Shown here in pieces: positions 31,221-40,553 of a DNA stretch of 64,000 nucleotides. The position numbers and the translations under genes are program-made. Location: positions 6,995-70,994 of the forward strand of contig JAOTYM010000004.1 in assembly GCA_029861845.1 (NCBI GenBank), in the 5' to 3' direction. Position 1 is the stretch's first letter; each line of letters starts with the position of its first letter. The stretch comes from Gammaproteobacteria bacterium. Lineage in GTDB: Bacteria > Pseudomonadota > Gammaproteobacteria > Acidiferrobacterales > SPGG2. A model generated the notes under the pieces. That model had not been told where the DNA came from, ran no database searches, and was given only the letters and a program-made list of their open reading frames with translations.

Positions 31221-31556
31221 CTAGGTAAACGACCGGGTATCGAAGATCAGCAGGATCTTGCTTATCTTGCCATTAGAAATCTCAAATATTTGCGCCATGG
31301 GTACGCTAACACCTGGCTTAGAGAACTGATAGACCAAACACGCACACGATTCGGTTTCAAACGATCGTATCATTTCGTATTCGAAGCCCTGGGGCGGATC
31401 TGATTGTAGTGATTGTATATAGCTCTTTGGCGAATCGAACTCATCAAACGGTCCTTTGAAGGTGAACTCATCAGCCAGCAATTGGTTTAATGCGTCCATA
31501 TTGCTGCCTGCGAAAACAACATCCATGTATGCTCGCGCTAGTTCAAGAGGTTTCAT
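31221..31556 (-). CDS. SnoaL/NTF2-like protein
   Basis: LLADEFTFKGP...GKISKILLIFD. Confidence 0.7.
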   Translation of the reverse strand: MKPLELARAYMDVVFAGSNMDALNQLLADEFTFKGPFDEFDSPKSYIQSLQSDPPQGFEYEMIRSFETESCACLVYQFSKPGVSVPMAQIFEISNGKISKILLIFDTRSFT

Positions 31557-31888
31557 GGAAGCCGTGGTAAGTTAAGCAGCCGCGCTTCGAGAATGGGTGA
31601 CTTAGAAAGCAACATATTGCCGAATTGGCGCCGATGATTTTTCGGATTTTTTGCGCCAGCGGTTTGGCTCGCGTCTACATCGAATGCCGGTCGGTATCCC
31701 CAATAGTAATCCGGTAGATGTTCAGCCAGCCGCGCCGCCTGATCCACCAGGCCTGAGCGCCGCCAGTTACATTCGACTTCCTGCAGGGCGATGATATCTG
31801 CCCTCGACACCTCGTGGGCAATACGTTCTATATTGTATTCATCGTCTTTACCGCGGGAGAATTGGATGTTGTAAGTGACTAACCGCAT
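31553..31888 (-). pseudogene. truncated endonuclease/exonuclease/phosphatase (EEP) family gene, N-terminal half only
   Basis: VTYNIQ, ADIIALQEV, QFGNMLLS, then a stop at 111 aa; catalytic GDFN and SDH motifs absent. Confidence 0.7.
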
Positions 31889-32865
31889 TATTTTCCCGCG
31901 TACCAAAAACTACGCCGCCAAGCGTGTTTTCTCAGCCTGTCGATAAGATCGCTAGATAGATCGGGCGAATCAGACGCAGCGGCGTTGCTCTTGGCCTGTG
32001 CGACACTGCGAATACCAGGGATGACGCTGCTAACCGCACCTTGAGCAAGGATGAATTTGAGTGCAACCTGCACCATGGTTTGTTCTTCGACATTGATTTG
32101 CGACTTGATCTTTTCCACCCGATCGACCGTACGCGTGAGCCGATCACCGGCGAAGTAGCTGGCGCGAAAATCGCCTTCTGGGAATGTGGTGTCCTCGCTG
32201 AACTTGCCGGTAAGCGCGCCTTCATCAAACGGTACACGCACAATCACACCGATGTTGTGTTCTTCCGCAGTTGGTAGCAGTTCGGCCGCCGGCTCTTGTT
32301 CAAAGATGTTGTATATCAGTTGTACGACATCGACGTAGCCCTGTCGCATGAGGTCGATCACACAGTTCTGATCGTGCTCCGGGGTAGATACCCCGATGCA
32401 GCGGATCTTGCCTTGGGCCTGTAGTTCCTTCAGCGTGTCCAAGGCCCGCGGGTGCTTATTCCAGGCCCGTGTCCATGTGTGCAGCTGCAGGATATCAATA
32501 CATCCGGTGTCTAAGTTTTCCAGTCGCTCTTCGATCTTCTGCCGCAGATAATCGGCGGGATAACGTTGGTCGATATCACAATAAGGCGATGGTGGCCACG
32601 GTCCGGGGAGGGGGTGGATTTTGGTCGCCACGTAAACCCTTTCGCTGCGTGTCTTAAGCGCCCGCGCTATGACACGCTCGCTTCGACCCTTGCCGTAACC
32701 GGCGGCGGTGTCGATAAAGTTAATGCCAAGATCGATCGCCCTGTCCAACGCCGCTAGTGACTCCCGGTCTTTTTGATTACCCCAGGCACCGCCACCCAGC
32801 GCCCAACCACCGAAACCAATCTCGGAGACTTCGAACTCAGTACGGCCCAGGCTACGGTATTTCAT
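31888..32865 (-). CDS. aldo/keto reductase
   Basis: GINFIDTAAGYG, VATK, LQLH, SVIPGIR. Confidence 0.9.
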   Translation of the reverse strand: MKYRSLGRTEFEVSEIGFGGWALGGGAWGNQKDRESLAALDRAIDLGINFIDTAAGYGKGRSERVIARALKTRSERVYVATKIHPLPGPWPPSPYCDIDQRYPADYLRQKIEERLENLDTGCIDILQLHTWTRAWNKHPRALDTLKELQAQGKIRCIGVSTPEHDQNCVIDLMRQGYVDVVQLIYNIFEQEPAAELLPTAEEHNIGVIVRVPFDEGALTGKFSEDTTFPEGDFRASYFAGDRLTRTVDRVEKIKSQINVEEQTMVQVALKFILAQGAVSSVIPGIRSVAQAKSNAAASDSPDLSSDLIDRLRKHAWRRSFWYAGK

Positions 32866-33857
32866 AGCGTTGAACAGGAGAAGCAGATGTCCGGCGCAAC
32901 ATAGCGTTGCAACTCCTGTTCGCAGAATGCAATCATCTCGTCTCTAATCGGCGCTTTGTAAGACACCATACCATTGCTCGGTTCGAGCGTCGTCGCGAAC
33001 AACCGCTCATCGGGGTACAATCGGAGAAGGTTGCGGTGGTAGGGCGCCGGCAAACGGAAGGCGCCGAGGGTTACCGAGTGCAGGCGTTCGGCATCGAGGC
33101 GTTGGAACAAGTCGCTGAACAACCGTCGATAGTGGGCCTGGTAGTCTTGGTGGTAGATCATAGGATCGAAACGCAGACCTAGCCGCCACCCCTGGCGTTG
33201 CAATCGAACCATGGTATCTACTCGTTTCGCCACCGGCGGCACGTTATTTTCGAGCGCGGCCGATATCTCTTGCGGGGTAAAGCTAAAGGCGACGACGCAG
33301 TTTGGTAGCGGTTCTGTTCTGAGCAGCGACCGTACCTGGGTACTCTTGGTGCGTAGTTCGAAAAACGCGTTGCGGTAGCGTGCAAAAAGCGGTAACACGT
33401 GCTCGACAAAACCGGTGATGGGTTCTAACGCTAGACTATCGCAGTCGTAGCCAGAGAAAAACGATATAGTTTCGCCGTTAGCTTCGCTAATCTTGGATAC
33501 GATTGCGGTCTCAAAGTCTTCGTAGTTGACGAAAAGCACGTAGTGTGCAGAGCGATACATGCCTTGCAGAAAGCAATAGCGGCAATCATAGATACAGTTC
33601 AGCATGTGTGAGAAGTAGTAGTTGTGATTGTCACCGATGCCGTAACCCTCGGGTGTCTTGAGGACCATGCCGTTGTGTTTTCGCGCCAGGACGAGGGCCG
33701 GACGTCGCTTTTGTAGCCTGAAATTCTGGGCCTTGGGGTTAAATACCTCGCCGTAGCGCTCGCACTGGATCTTTACGGCATCGGCAAATTTATCGCAAAT
33801 TTTCCGCGTGCGTGAGTGGTCGGCGACCTCTCGTTCGATGTATATCGTACGAATCAT
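32862..33857 (-). CDS. spore photoproduct lyase (SplB)-like radical SAM protein
   Basis: NCIYDCRYCFLQG CxxxCxxC, ELRTKS, LRFDP; ATGA-coupled on both sides. Confidence 0.8.
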   Translation of the reverse strand: MIRTIYIEREVADHSRTRKICDKFADAVKIQCERYGEVFNPKAQNFRLQKRRPALVLARKHNGMVLKTPEGYGIGDNHNYYFSHMLNCIYDCRYCFLQGMYRSAHYVLFVNYEDFETAIVSKISEANGETISFFSGYDCDSLALEPITGFVEHVLPLFARYRNAFFELRTKSTQVRSLLRTEPLPNCVVAFSFTPQEISAALENNVPPVAKRVDTMVRLQRQGWRLGLRFDPMIYHQDYQAHYRRLFSDLFQRLDAERLHSVTLGAFRLPAPYHRNLLRLYPDERLFATTLEPSNGMVSYKAPIRDEMIAFCEQELQRYVAPDICFSCSTL

Positions 33858-34669
33858 GTGCAAGAGTATTCAATGGGCAAGGCGTCGAGTTCCCGATTTA
33901 AGTGACGCAGTGCCTTGTTGGCGCTCGGCAAGGCGGCGAGCTCATCGCTCCACACCGTTTCGGCTGAACGCGCCTGCCAGTGCAACAGCAGGCGCCTGAG
34001 CTGGTGTTGTTCCGAGACCGTAAACCGCCAGTGTTTGAGAAACCGAGCGAGCTCGCGCGGATCCGATTGAAACTCGGCCAACCGGGCGGCAAGCGCTCTG
34101 AGCGTTTGTGTTAATATGTCGATCGCATCCAGTCGTTTTTCGATCAAGGCGCGTACGTTTCTGGCATTGATATCCCCGGTGGAGCTGGCAAGGTTGTCTG
34201 AAACGACCTTGTAACAATGTACGAGCTCGGCAGTCGTGAATCGACAGGCAGTCGCATAAAAGCCAGCTGCCTCCATGTCGTAGAGCCCGTTCTTGCGGTA
34301 TTTGGTCTCGGGTTCATCGACGCTAATGAGATCATCGCTAGCACAAGGGAGTTCGAACGTTAGCGGCGGATACCAGCTGCGTCCTGTGATTTGATCGGTA
34401 ATCTTATGAACAAGCACGCCATCCCCGATCGCACGTCGGCCGTGTCCGGCGATGCCGATGTTGAGCCAAGCCCTGCAGGCACGATTCCCGGTTTGCGCAT
34501 GCAGGTAACCGGTCGCCGCCGCCGCCGCGACCTTGCCCATCCCGGAGACGATCAGTGCGACGTGCTCATTTTCAAAGACAGGAAACGCGCCACCGGTGCG
34601 CCGCCGTAGACCGAAGTGGTCCATGAGCGGTTTGGCTTCGGCTTGTAGGGCGACAACGAAGTGCACCAT
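33854..34669 (-). CDS. nucleosidase/phosphorylase (MTAN / PNP_UDP) fold protein
   Basis: VALQAEA, SGMGKV, NIGIAG, DMEAAG, KVVSD; extra C-terminal helical region. Confidence 0.7.
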   Translation of the reverse strand: MVHFVVALQAEAKPLMDHFGLRRRTGGAFPVFENEHVALIVSGMGKVAAAAATGYLHAQTGNRACRAWLNIGIAGHGRRAIGDGVLVHKITDQITGRSWYPPLTFELPCASDDLISVDEPETKYRKNGLYDMEAAGFYATACRFTTAELVHCYKVVSDNLASSTGDINARNVRALIEKRLDAIDILTQTLRALAARLAEFQSDPRELARFLKHWRFTVSEQHQLRRLLLHWQARSAETVWSDELAALPSANKALRHLNRELDALPIEYSCT

Positions 34670-34670
34670 G

Positions 34671-35531
34671 CTAAATCACTTCTACCGATGCTGCATGACA
34701 AGAATCTTCACGAACGCTTAGGTAATAACGCTGCTTCTCCTGATATTTGGTGATCTCTTCTTGTTTATCACGTTTGATCGCGCCCTGCAGATAGATGTCG
34801 ATCTTCGTTATCAGCATGTTCAGTGCCGCCCGGTAATACTGAGGTGGCAGGTTCTGTTGTAAAATATTTTCAAGTGCGATGATGCGAAACCTATCCATAG
34901 CCGGGTATCGGTGGGACAACTGATCGGCATGACCGCCGTACTTGATGATCAACGGCCGGTCGACATAAAGCACGGGAAAACGGGCACAGATACGTAGCCA
35001 CAGATCATAATCCTCGCCGGCAGGCAGATTTTCGTTGAATAATCCGACTTCGTCGAATACCGAACGGTGAATTAGGGCGGACGATGGTGAGACAACGCAC
35101 AATGGTAAACAGCGTTCAAAGATAAAGCCGCCAGCCTTAGCGTGCTTCTTCATCGCGTTGACACGCTTGCCATTTCGGATCCAAATCTCATCCGTGTGGC
35201 AGATTTTGCACTGCGGGTTGGCTGCCAACATTTCCTCCTGGCTGGCCAATTTTCGTGGCAACCACTCGTCGTCAGAGTCCAGAAACGCTAGCCAATCCCC
35301 GCTGGCGGCTTCGATACCCCGGTTTCGAGCATTGGCCACGCCCCGGGTGCGTTGCCAGATACAATGAATCTGCGGAAGCCGCGCCCGCATTATTTCGGCC
35401 GTGCCGTCATCGGAACCGTCATCGACGACAATAATTTCTCGGGCAGGTTTGGCCTGTCCGAGCACCGATTGCAGTGCACGTTCTAGCAATCGGGCGCGAT
35501 TGTGGGTTGGAATTATTACAGAGATATTCAT
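34671..35531 (-). CDS. family 2 glycosyltransferase
   Basis: SVIIPTHNR, VVDDGSDD, FLDSDD, EDYDLWLR. Confidence 0.9.
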   Translation of the reverse strand: MNISVIIPTHNRARLLERALQSVLGQAKPAREIIVVDDGSDDGTAEIMRARLPQIHCIWQRTRGVANARNRGIEAASGDWLAFLDSDDEWLPRKLASQEEMLAANPQCKICHTDEIWIRNGKRVNAMKKHAKAGGFIFERCLPLCVVSPSSALIHRSVFDEVGLFNENLPAGEDYDLWLRICARFPVLYVDRPLIIKYGGHADQLSHRYPAMDRFRIIALENILQQNLPPQYYRAALNMLITKIDIYLQGAIKRDKQEEITKYQEKQRYYLSVREDSCHAASVEVI

Positions 35532-35648
35532 CTTTGCAGAATCTCCCATTATGCCATGCACCGGCCATCAGAATAAGAAAACTTGATGAAGATAGCTAAC
35601 TCAAGCTAGTCTCGTCGACAATAATTTCTTGGTCCACCACCGAGGGTC

Positions 35649-36758
35649 ATGGGCGCCGCGAGAATCCCCAGATCTGCGGCCACTCCGGCCCGACTCGCAA
35701 GAATGTCGGCCGTCAGGGGTGCCCGCATTCAGGCTCTGCAACTTGTTGACCGAACAAACAAGGCCGGTCGACTGCTTGCTGATGGAAAAGATGAAGACGC
35801 ACTACACCAGTTTCGCGTCGCACTACGTAGATTGCGCACATTTCTTCGTGGCTACGCATCCCACCTATCAGTAACGAAGAAGATACGGGGCACGCTACGG
35901 CGGTTGGCCAGACGCACCAATGCGGCGCGTGATCTCGAGGTATCGATATCGTGGCTGAAAGAGCAACGCCCAGCCCTTAAGGTCCGCGAGCGGATTGGCT
36001 TGGATTTGCTGTTGCAAGATCTGGAACGTCATCGCGACAAGGCCTATGCAAGTATCCGTGAACGCGTGTTGAAAGAATGGAGGCCCGTAGAAAGGGAACT
36101 AAAGAAGTTCCTTAGCGGTACTGTCAAAGATCAGCCGGTGATCCAAACCTTCGCACAGACAAGTGCGGAGCTCGCAAGCGAATACAGCTACGAGCTAGAG
36201 ATGGGCCTCAGCCTGCTAGAGCGGCAGCAAAAGCAACGGGTGGCGCATCGAGCTCGGATCCGTGGTAAACGTCTACGCTACCTACTAGAACCGATGGGTC
36301 GTACGGTGCCAGGTGTCCAAAGTGCATTGACAGCGCTAAAGCGGCTACAGGACGACCTTGGTTTGCTTAATGACTCAGGTGTGTTACTTGAAAAGCTTTC
36401 GGAGGCGGCCGAGGCTTTTTCGGCCAAACGCGTCCAACGATTACTGGACCTGGCTACTAACGACAATCCCAACCGGGCTCGGATAAGCAGTGAGATGCAT
36501 GATGACGCGCTGCCGGGGTTGTTGGCACTAGCACGGCGTGCAAAAATTCGCAGGGAGCAGGCCTTACTTAAGGTCATGGAAAACCATGTACTGGGACGCG
36601 CTACGATCATAGATCGCGTCCGCCAAGTGGCAACCCGGTTGGGTGACCAGACAAACCGACCGTCGAGACCACAGGCTAAGAAGATTCCGCAGCGCCAAAC
36701 TCGTAGAAAGGTAACTACCAGAGCTCGCCGGTCACGCGCTGCCAGACCACGGTCTTGA
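35649..36758 (+). CDS. CHAD domain (polyphosphate-binding) protein with Arg-rich tail
   Basis: LHQFRVALRRLR, ARDLEV, HRARIRGKRLRY..E, LQDDLG..ND; upstream of ppx; start uncertain. Confidence 0.85.
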   Translation: MGAARIPRSAATPARLARMSAVRGARIQALQLVDRTNKAGRLLADGKDEDALHQFRVALRRLRTFLRGYASHLSVTKKIRGTLRRLARRTNAARDLEVSISWLKEQRPALKVRERIGLDLLLQDLERHRDKAYASIRERVLKEWRPVERELKKFLSGTVKDQPVIQTFAQTSAELASEYSYELEMGLSLLERQQKQRVAHRARIRGKRLRYLLEPMGRTVPGVQSALTALKRLQDDLGLLNDSGVLLEKLSEAAEAFSAKRVQRLLDLATNDNPNRARISSEMHDDALPGLLALARRAKIRREQALLKVMENHVLGRATIIDRVRQVATRLGDQTNRPSRPQAKKIPQRQTRRKVTTRARRSRAARPRS

Positions 36759-38299
36759 TAGCAGCAAGAGGAATGCGAGCGAAAGCGTCCACTATCTCCC
36801 CCACGTTGGCAGAAGCCGACGATACCATCGCAGCCATAGACCTCGGTTCCAACAGCTTTCATATGAAAGTGGCACGCCTGCGCGATGGCGAGTTGAGCGT
36901 GCTCGACCGCTTACGCGAGATGGCGCGTTTGGCGGGCGCCCTGGATGAAGACAATCGTTTGGTGCCGGCGGCGACGGCGCCTGCCTTGGCTTGTCTGAAA
37001 CGTTTCGGCGAACGCGTGCGTCACATGCCAGCCGGTAATGTTCGCGTAGTCGGAACCAATACCTTGCGGTGTGCACATAACAGCGCTGAGTTCATCGCTG
37101 CGGCTGAAGTAGCCCTTGGACATCCTATCGAGGTGATATCCGGCGTAGAAGAAGCGCGCTTGGTTTATCTCGGTGTTGTTCAAAGCGTCGCCAACGATGG
37201 CCAACGCCGATTGGTCATCGACATTGGTGGTGGTAGCACCGAGTTAATTATCGGTGAGGGCCCACAACCAACCTACATGGAAAGCCTTTACATGGGTTGT
37301 GTCAACATGAGTGAGGCATACTTTCTTGACGGAAAAGTGTCACGCAAACGGCTTCGTCGCGCAGGTATTGCGGCACGTAGCGAGCTCGAACCCCACGAGG
37401 CTAGATTTCGACGGTTGGGTTGGGAAGAGGCGATTGGTACATCCGGCACTATCCGGGCCGTTGAACGTGTCGTGACCGAGGCAGGCTGGAGTAACGAAGG
37501 TATCACGCCGTCAGTGCTAAAACGTTTACTTGCCGCGTTGGTCAAGGCGGAGCATGTGGAACACCTAAGGTTGCCCGGGCTTAGTGCTGATAGGGCGCCG
37601 GTTTTTGCGGGAGGGGTAGTGGTATTGCATGCTGCGTTCGAAGCGCTTGGCATTGAACGTATGCTGCTCTCTGATGGCGCACTACGCGAAGGGCTGCTCT
37701 ACGATTTGATGGGACGTATTCGCCACGAAGATGTGCGTAGCCGCACGGTGAGCGGGCTTGCCAAACGGCACGACGTAGATCTAGATCAGGCCGTGCAGGT
37801 GGAGCGAACGGCACTGCGGTTTTTCGGGCAGGTCATGGAAGATTGGTCATTAGGCGGTGATTTACCACAGCAATTGTTGCGCTGGGCCGCCCAGCTCCAC
37901 GAGCTTGGGCTCGACATTGCACATAACCAGTACCATAAACACGGCGCATACATTCTAGAGAATGCAGATCTCCTCGGCTTTTCCCGACAAGAACAGCATC
38001 TGCTTGCCGTGCTCGTGCGTGCCCACCGCCGAAAATATCCCACAAGCGTGGTTCGGGCGTTGCCGGCAAATTGGTTGCCAATCATGCAGCAGTTGATTGT
38101 CCTACTACGTTTGGCCGTCGTGTTGCACCGAAGTCGCTCGCCCGACCCATTGCCGCCGCTTACGCTAAAAGGAAAGGCACATTCCCTGGTAGTAGAGTTC
38201 CCGAAGCATTGGTTGAGAGAGCATCCGTTGACGCGAGCCGATTTACAAGAGGAAGCAGAGTTCTTAAGGGTTGCTGACATCCAACTAAAGGTACGTTAG
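36755..38299 (+). CDS. ppx: exopolyphosphatase (Ppx/GppA)
   Basis: AIDLGSNSFH, DIGGGSTE, GALREG, LHELG HD domain. Confidence 0.92.
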   Translation: MIAARGMRAKASTISPTLAEADDTIAAIDLGSNSFHMKVARLRDGELSVLDRLREMARLAGALDEDNRLVPAATAPALACLKRFGERVRHMPAGNVRVVGTNTLRCAHNSAEFIAAAEVALGHPIEVISGVEEARLVYLGVVQSVANDGQRRLVIDIGGGSTELIIGEGPQPTYMESLYMGCVNMSEAYFLDGKVSRKRLRRAGIAARSELEPHEARFRRLGWEEAIGTSGTIRAVERVVTEAGWSNEGITPSVLKRLLAALVKAEHVEHLRLPGLSADRAPVFAGGVVVLHAAFEALGIERMLLSDGALREGLLYDLMGRIRHEDVRSRTVSGLAKRHDVDLDQAVQVERTALRFFGQVMEDWSLGGDLPQQLLRWAAQLHELGLDIAHNQYHKHGAYILENADLLGFSRQEQHLLAVLVRAHRRKYPTSVVRALPANWLPIMQQLIVLLRLAVVLHRSRSPDPLPPLTLKGKAHSLVVEFPKHWLREHPLTRADLQEEAEFLRVADIQLKVR

Positions 38300-38311
38300 G
38301 CACAGGCCACA

Positions 38312-38962
38312 GTGCATACCCATCGTTGGCCCAAAACGGTTGCTGCGGCGCGATCCATCCAAGAGAGCCTTCGCCACGAAGTAATCAAGAGAGATGAATT
38401 GGCGAAACCTCAGCGAGTAGCGGGTGTCGATGTGGGATTTGAGCAGGGTGGGACGGTAACGCGGGCTGCCGTTGCTGTTTTGGATTTCCCAGGTCTGACC
38501 CTGCGCGAACACGCCATCGTGCGTCGCAAGACACGCTTTCCTTATGTGCCAGGATATTTGTCCTTTCGGGAGGCCCCCGCTATCTTAGCGGCACTGAAAA
38601 AACTGCGCGAGAAGCCCGATTTGATCTTATGTGATGGCCAAGGGTTGGCACATCCGCGTAGTTTCGGGTTGGCATGCCATCTCGGTGTGCTGGCGGACAT
38701 TCCCAGTATTGGTGTCGCCAAGTCGCGGCTCATCGGTGATCATGACCGTCTGCCCGAAAGGAAGGGCGCCTGGGCGCCACTCTTGGTTGACGGCGAACGC
38801 GTCGGTGCCGTCCTACGCACCCGTACGGGTGTGCGTCCCCTCTATATTTCCGTTGGTCACCGCATAAGTTTGAGGACGGCGATCAAGTATGTATTGTTGT
38901 GCACCACCAAGTATCGATTGCCGGAGACGACGCGCCACGCCCATAGGCTCGCATCTGGCTAG
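38312..38962 (+). CDS. nfi: endonuclease V
   Basis: [35 protein letters not shown]. Confidence 0.95.
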   Translation: MHTHRWPKTVAAARSIQESLRHEVIKRDELAKPQRVAGVDVGFEQGGTVTRAAVAVLDFPGLTLREHAIVRRKTRFPYVPGYLSFREAPAILAALKKLREKPDLILCDGQGLAHPRSFGLACHLGVLADIPSIGVAKSRLIGDHDRLPERKGAWAPLLVDGERVGAVLRTRTGVRPLYISVGHRISLRTAIKYVLLCTTKYRLPETTRHAHRLASG

Positions 38963-39483
38963 GTATCATATTGCAGTGAACATGTGGTGACTGCGTGCCA
39001 ATCGGCCACCGATACGGTCAGGTGCACCAATTGCAATCGGTTTACGACGAAGTCAGGGGGTAAGCACGGCTCGATCTCGCTACGCAGTTCGTCTTTTTCT
39101 TTCCGTGGCAAGTGGCCATAGATGAGACTTAGGTGCGGTAGATAATCGGACACGAAGTCGCAGCCGAAGGTATCGGCGGCAGATTCGTGTGCCTGCGCCA
39201 GGTCTGCCGACGGCTCGAGCTTTACATAGAAACAGCGGAAATAGTACGCCTCCCTGGCAATTCCTTGTGGACGCAGTGTGAGCACACGTAGCTGCTGGGC
39301 CAAATGCTCGGTGCCCTCGGTTAGATCTTCTTCAGCCCCGGTCACCCTGCCTAGCAGCGTAACGTGCGGTGCGAACCGCGGACCTTTGTATCGGTTGCTC
39401 AGGTCGTCGATAAGACTGGCGAAACTATCAGTGCCGACCTGATCGGGCAACAGCCAGAGGGCGTAGCGTTTGAGTTCGGCCAT
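38959..39483 (-). CDS. 2H phosphoesterase (cyclic phosphodiesterase-like)
   Basis: two HxT/S motifs: PHVTL and PHLSL. Confidence 0.8.
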   Translation of the reverse strand: MAELKRYALWLLPDQVGTDSFASLIDDLSNRYKGPRFAPHVTLLGRVTGAEEDLTEGTEHLAQQLRVLTLRPQGIAREAYYFRCFYVKLEPSADLAQAHESAADTFGCDFVSDYLPHLSLIYGHLPRKEKDELRSEIEPCLPPDFVVNRLQLVHLTVSVADWHAVTTCSLQYDT

Positions 39484-39493
39484 AGCCGCCGCT

Positions 39494-40504
39494 TCACTGA
39501 GGCTGGGCCAGTGCCCGTACTACCGCCGTCAAACCTTGAACTACCTGTGCCAGTCGGCGGTAATCGACTTTGTCGGGCTTGTCCTCAGCCGTGTGGTAGT
39601 ACGGATAACGGTAGAGTGCGGTGTCGGTGATCATTACGGCCGGAATGCCTTCTCGCCAGAACGACCAATGATCACTCCAATCCACGCCGGGTATCCATCC
39701 GAAGGTGGCGACACGCTCCGCGGGAAGATCGCTGGCGGCGCGGAAGGCAGCGACGACCTGTCCTAACAGTGCCCGCGACCGAAGGTTGGATACGAAACCG
39801 ATGAAATTGCCGGTGTCGGGGTAAAATAGACCCAGCGGCGGCGGATAATGTTGACTATTAGGTTCATCGCGGTAGTAACCAATGGTTTCGAGACAGAGCA
39901 TGGCTCGAATGATGTCACCGCGGGCGCGTGCCATCTTTACGTATTGCCGGCTACCCATGGCTTCGGTCTTGAAGAATGGTGGTTCCTCGTTGACGAATGT
40001 GACGAAGCGAATCGTACGTTGGGATTGCGCCTTGGCCAGGTAGCCGGACAGTTCCAACATAGCGGCGACTCCGCTGCCGTTGTCATTGGCGCCGGGACTG
40101 CCGAAAACCGAATCATAGTGTGCACCGACGAGGACAATTTCAGGTGACTGGCCTTGTCGCGTGATCTCCAGATTGGCCACTTTTCTGTTTCCTGTTTCGT
40201 GTTCATGTCGCGTAACCACATAGCCCTGATTACGCCAAATTTGTTCAATGTAATCGGCGGCCTCGGTTAGCGCCGAAAAGTGGACCAGGTTGCGCTCCCC
40301 GATCGAGTCGGCAAGCATTTCTACATGGGCACGAAGCCGCACCGCGAGACGGGCAATCCCTTCTGCTTGTGCCGCACCGCTTGGGTGGTTGATCGCCTGG
40401 GTCATTGTGACAATAATCAACGCCAATACCGCAACGGTAAGCGCCACCAGGTAGCGCGAGCCCTTTCTGGATCGCGGTTGATACTGCCTTTGTTCATGTC
40501 TCAC
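39494..40504 (-). CDS. M28 family metallopeptidase
   Basis: GAHYDS, GANDNGSG, NEEPP, SDHWSF, YHTAED; start placed at a GTG, uncertain. Confidence 0.85.
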   Translation of the reverse strand: MRHEQRQYQPRSRKGSRYLVALTVAVLALIIVTMTQAINHPSGAAQAEGIARLAVRLRAHVEMLADSIGERNLVHFSALTEAADYIEQIWRNQGYVVTRHEHETGNRKVANLEITRQGQSPEIVLVGAHYDSVFGSPGANDNGSGVAAMLELSGYLAKAQSQRTIRFVTFVNEEPPFFKTEAMGSRQYVKMARARGDIIRAMLCLETIGYYRDEPNSQHYPPPLGLFYPDTGNFIGFVSNLRSRALLGQVVAAFRAASDLPAERVATFGWIPGVDWSDHWSFWREGIPAVMITDTALYRYPYYHTAEDKPDKVDYRRLAQVVQGLTAVVRALAQPQ

Positions 40505-40553
40505 CAGCTGAATGTTGTCGGCATTGTCTAGGTGGTGTGGGGGTCGAGAATAC

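Noticed and set aside
31553-31555. TGA of the EEP fragment as selenocysteine or readthrough
   Set aside because: Not at a Cys-equivalent position; the downstream sequence is the SnoaL gene, not the missing EEP half
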